DNA of 64,000 nucleotides from Nemertoderma westbladi. Taxonomy: Eukaryota > Animalia > Xenacoelomorpha. Positions 61,186-64,000 of this stretch are shown one piece after another. Below the pieces are notes generated by a model. It was not told the DNA's origin. It searched no databases and saw only the letters and a program-made list of their open reading frames with translations. The position numbers and the translations under genes are program-made. The stretch's first letter is position 1; every line of letters begins with the position of its first letter. The stretch covers positions 1-64,000 of the forward strand of contig JAUCBJ010002777.1 of the NCBI GenBank assembly GCA_032718475.1. Direction: 5' to 3'.

Positions 61186-61527
61186 ACACCGTACAACTAC
61201 ATTCCTTATCATTTGACCCAGTTACACCGTACAACTACATTCCTTATCATTTGACCCAGTTACAACTACATTCCTTATTAATTGACACAGTTACACCGTA
61301 CAACTACAGTACATTCCTTATTAATTGACACAGTTACACCGTACAACTACATTCCTTATCATTTGACCCAGTTACAACTACATTCCTTATTAATTGACAC
61401 AGTTACACCGTACAACTACAGTACATTCCTTATTAATTGACACAGTTACACCGTACAACTACATTCCTTATCATTTGACCCAGTTACACCGTACAACTAC
61501 ATTCCTTATCATTTGACCCAGTTACAC
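61186..61527. repeat. Continuation of the 38-bp minisatellite
   Basis: Same unit resumes after the MULE. Confidence 0.95.
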
Positions 61528-61591
61528 AACAGCCAATTACTGACAAAGAAGCAAAAAGAGAAAGAGAGCACCTACAGAATGTATATTAGTG

Positions 61592-61863
61592 ATGGGGCGA
61601 GCCACGCAGTAAAGGCAAGCCTTAGCGCACAATTATAATTAGTAAATAGGGCAAATCCGTCCGTCTATAATGAGAAATTCATTCGTAAATAACTTTTAAA
61701 GATTTTTAGCATTTTCATCAAAATTTTATATGGGCATACTAGAGAAAAAGTTCCAATATTTTTGAAAGTTACGGCAAATATCTCTTGAACTTTTGACTCC
61801 AGATCAAATCGAACTTGTTTCGACTTGCTCAAGTTCGCGTGCTGCGCGACGCCCCACGAACGT
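61592..61863 (+). mobile_element. Diverged HINE-like element
   Basis: TGGGGCGAGCCACG...TCCGTCCGTC...GTGCTGCGCGACGCCCCACGAACGT. Confidence 0.55.
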
Positions 61864-62423
61864 GTAAGGAAATGGAATGGCTTTCGAGTTGCAACCCAAA
61901 ATAATAGTTGAGTCACACTCTACAACATTTCCAGTCCATTGACCTTTTAATAATGCTTTATTACCAGGTAAATAGCCAGAACCGCTCCCTGTCAGATTTA
62001 TAGACTTCCCATTTCGCCCTGAGGCCTAACATTACGGATTACCCCACATAGATTCTCTATTATTTATAGCTATGGGTCTGGTTGTTTGGCTTCCTAGCGG
62101 GTGGGCGCCAGGCCGGTTGGTACTGTACACTAGCTACTGTAATACATTACATTCACTTGCACTGTTGTTTATTTCTAACTCGACAACAAAGTAAATAGCC
62201 GGTAGCGCTATAAACATCCACCCTGTACAGTACTGAATACAGGTAATAACAATATAGCCATAAAATAAATTACTCGTTATTAATTCTGTGAAGCTGCCAT
62301 TGAATTTATACATTGAATAAATGAGTTATTATCTAATGTTAAGATTATAACTGGACCTCTTGTACGAGTTCCTGAGCCTATTATTATTACAGTATTACAC
62401 GCTATGTCCACCAAACATTTTGT

Positions 62424-62800
62424 ATGAATCCAATTTTATCAACTGGTTGCGATGTAGAACCACACCCCATTTACTCCTGTTTAAATCCGCTGATCCCCGA
62501 CCACAACAGAAAACATTTCACTAAATTGCGTCTAATGTCCCACAGACTTAAGGTTGAAACGGGTCGTTGGAGTCGCATCCCTCCTGAGCAACGTATCTGC
62601 TGCTGTAACACAAACCTAGTACAAGACGAGCCTCACGTACTATTATTTTGTCACCTGACGGATGATATACGAATAGAATACGGACTAAAACATAATAGTT
62701 TGATAGACTTGTTTAAAGAAACGTACAGTGCACCGGTACTACTATGTAAATTTATTGAAGCAGTATTAAAAGTTTTTTCGAATAATTAATTAATAAATTA
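62424..62800 (+). mobile_element. LINE 3' end with C-terminal CCHC (RTE-X-like)
   Basis: TKLRLMSHRLKVETGRW...RICCC...VQDEPHVLLFC...IR. Confidence 0.75.
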
Positions 62801-63450
62801 GAAATAATAATATTAGTAAGTGTTATTTACTTTTATATTTACTTAGTTTGTGCAAAAATATACTGAGTATATTAATATTGCTGTTTGTTGCGATCGTAAT
62901 ACATTACTATTACGCTATACTGTAGTGTGCAAAATATGATTTTGGCGAAAATTAAAGGCTGAACGGGCCAGTAAACCGTTCACTACTACTACTACTTATT
63001 AATCATATATATTTAATATTATTATTAAATTACTACTACTACTAGACAGTAACAGTTGATTTTTTGCTAGAAATCCATTGTTAATAATAATATAATACAA
63101 TTATAATTATTATCTAACAAAGCAGGATCTAATGACCAATGGCGCGTTACTACAGTATTTAAAACTTAAGTCGCCCCACTTCATATGGGCCGCTTATGCG
63201 CTGCAACGCGAAATGAAAAGTGATAATTTTTTAGTAAAAAAAATACAATTGAAAGAAAATAACTTTAGCGGAAAGTGATTGAATTTTAATTGATTTTTAG
63301 TGAAATATAATTATAGTTTGTTGTTACAAAATTATAAATAGTTGAAACACAATTATTTTTAGTGAAAATCAAATTAGAATTTTAATGATTTTGTTATTTT
63401 TGGTGAATGAAAATTTATTTGACGAATGATAATTTTACCCTTAGCAGAGT

Positions 63451-63518
63451 AAACTCAGTGGGAAATAAACTCAGTGGGAAATAAACTCAGTGGGAAATAA
63501 ACTCAGTGGGAAATAAAT
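63451..63518. repeat. 16-bp tandem repeat x4 (AAACTCAGTGGGAAAT)
   Basis: Four exact copies. Confidence 0.9.
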
Positions 63519-64000
63519 TTGTTGCGTTGATTTTTTCTTTCCCTTTCCGAATCATACGAAACCGAAGAGCCATTATCCTTGCAACTACTGTATAGACCTC
63601 TGTAACCCGTTAATACATAAAGTAAGAGACCAGTGCACAGCACACATCCAACTTCATTCATTTAACGCAAAATCCCGTGAAAAGCAAAGGCCATTTATCT
63701 AAAAATCTAGTTTGGACATTCTTGACTAAAATCAATAATTATCTGTTCATAATAGTAATTATGCCTTTATGCCATCCAATAACCGATCACATTGAACAAC
63801 CCTGATCTGTTTTTTTTTCTGTCTCCTACTAATTAATTTGTCGCAATCCCGGGCTATAATCAGTCGGGCACCGACTGTTTACATAAATATTTTCCGTTTT
63901 ATTGATGGCTTCTTTCTCCTCTAGAGCGGATAAACAGTGAGATGTTAGACTATTTCACTAAATAGGCCAACTTCAACCTTATAACAGCCAGCCATTAATA

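Overview
Repeat-rich eukaryotic (metazoan-type, probably invertebrate) genomic DNA; no prokaryotic genes, rRNA or CRISPR. One host gene can be assembled by hand: three phase-compatible exons (2637-2844, 10395-10603, 22416-22664, +) encoding a ~221-aa signal-peptide, Cys-rich, C-terminally hydrophobic protein, with introns full of nested TEs. The TEs are: a decayed Mag-like Gypsy element, inserted in an inverted pair of tRNA-like units and itself carrying a CRE non-LTR insertion in one LTR; RTE, CR1/L2 and RTE-X LINE fragments; many Helentron-type non-autonomous (HINE-like) copies; a Ginger-like element; and a MULE. There are four large tandem arrays, two of which visibly derive from LINE coding sequence. 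The most unusual object is an 11.8-kb BEL/Pao-derived LTR element (40566-52345) with apparently identical 541-bp LTRs and a 5-bp TSD. It has a huge Gag-protease ORF with only vestiges of RNase H/integrase and no RT, no tRNA primer-binding site, an array of ~23 small hairpins, and an extra ORF encoding a DEDDy-like 3'-5' exonuclease fused to three CCHC knuckles. All family assignments come from motif recognition by eye; no database searches were run.
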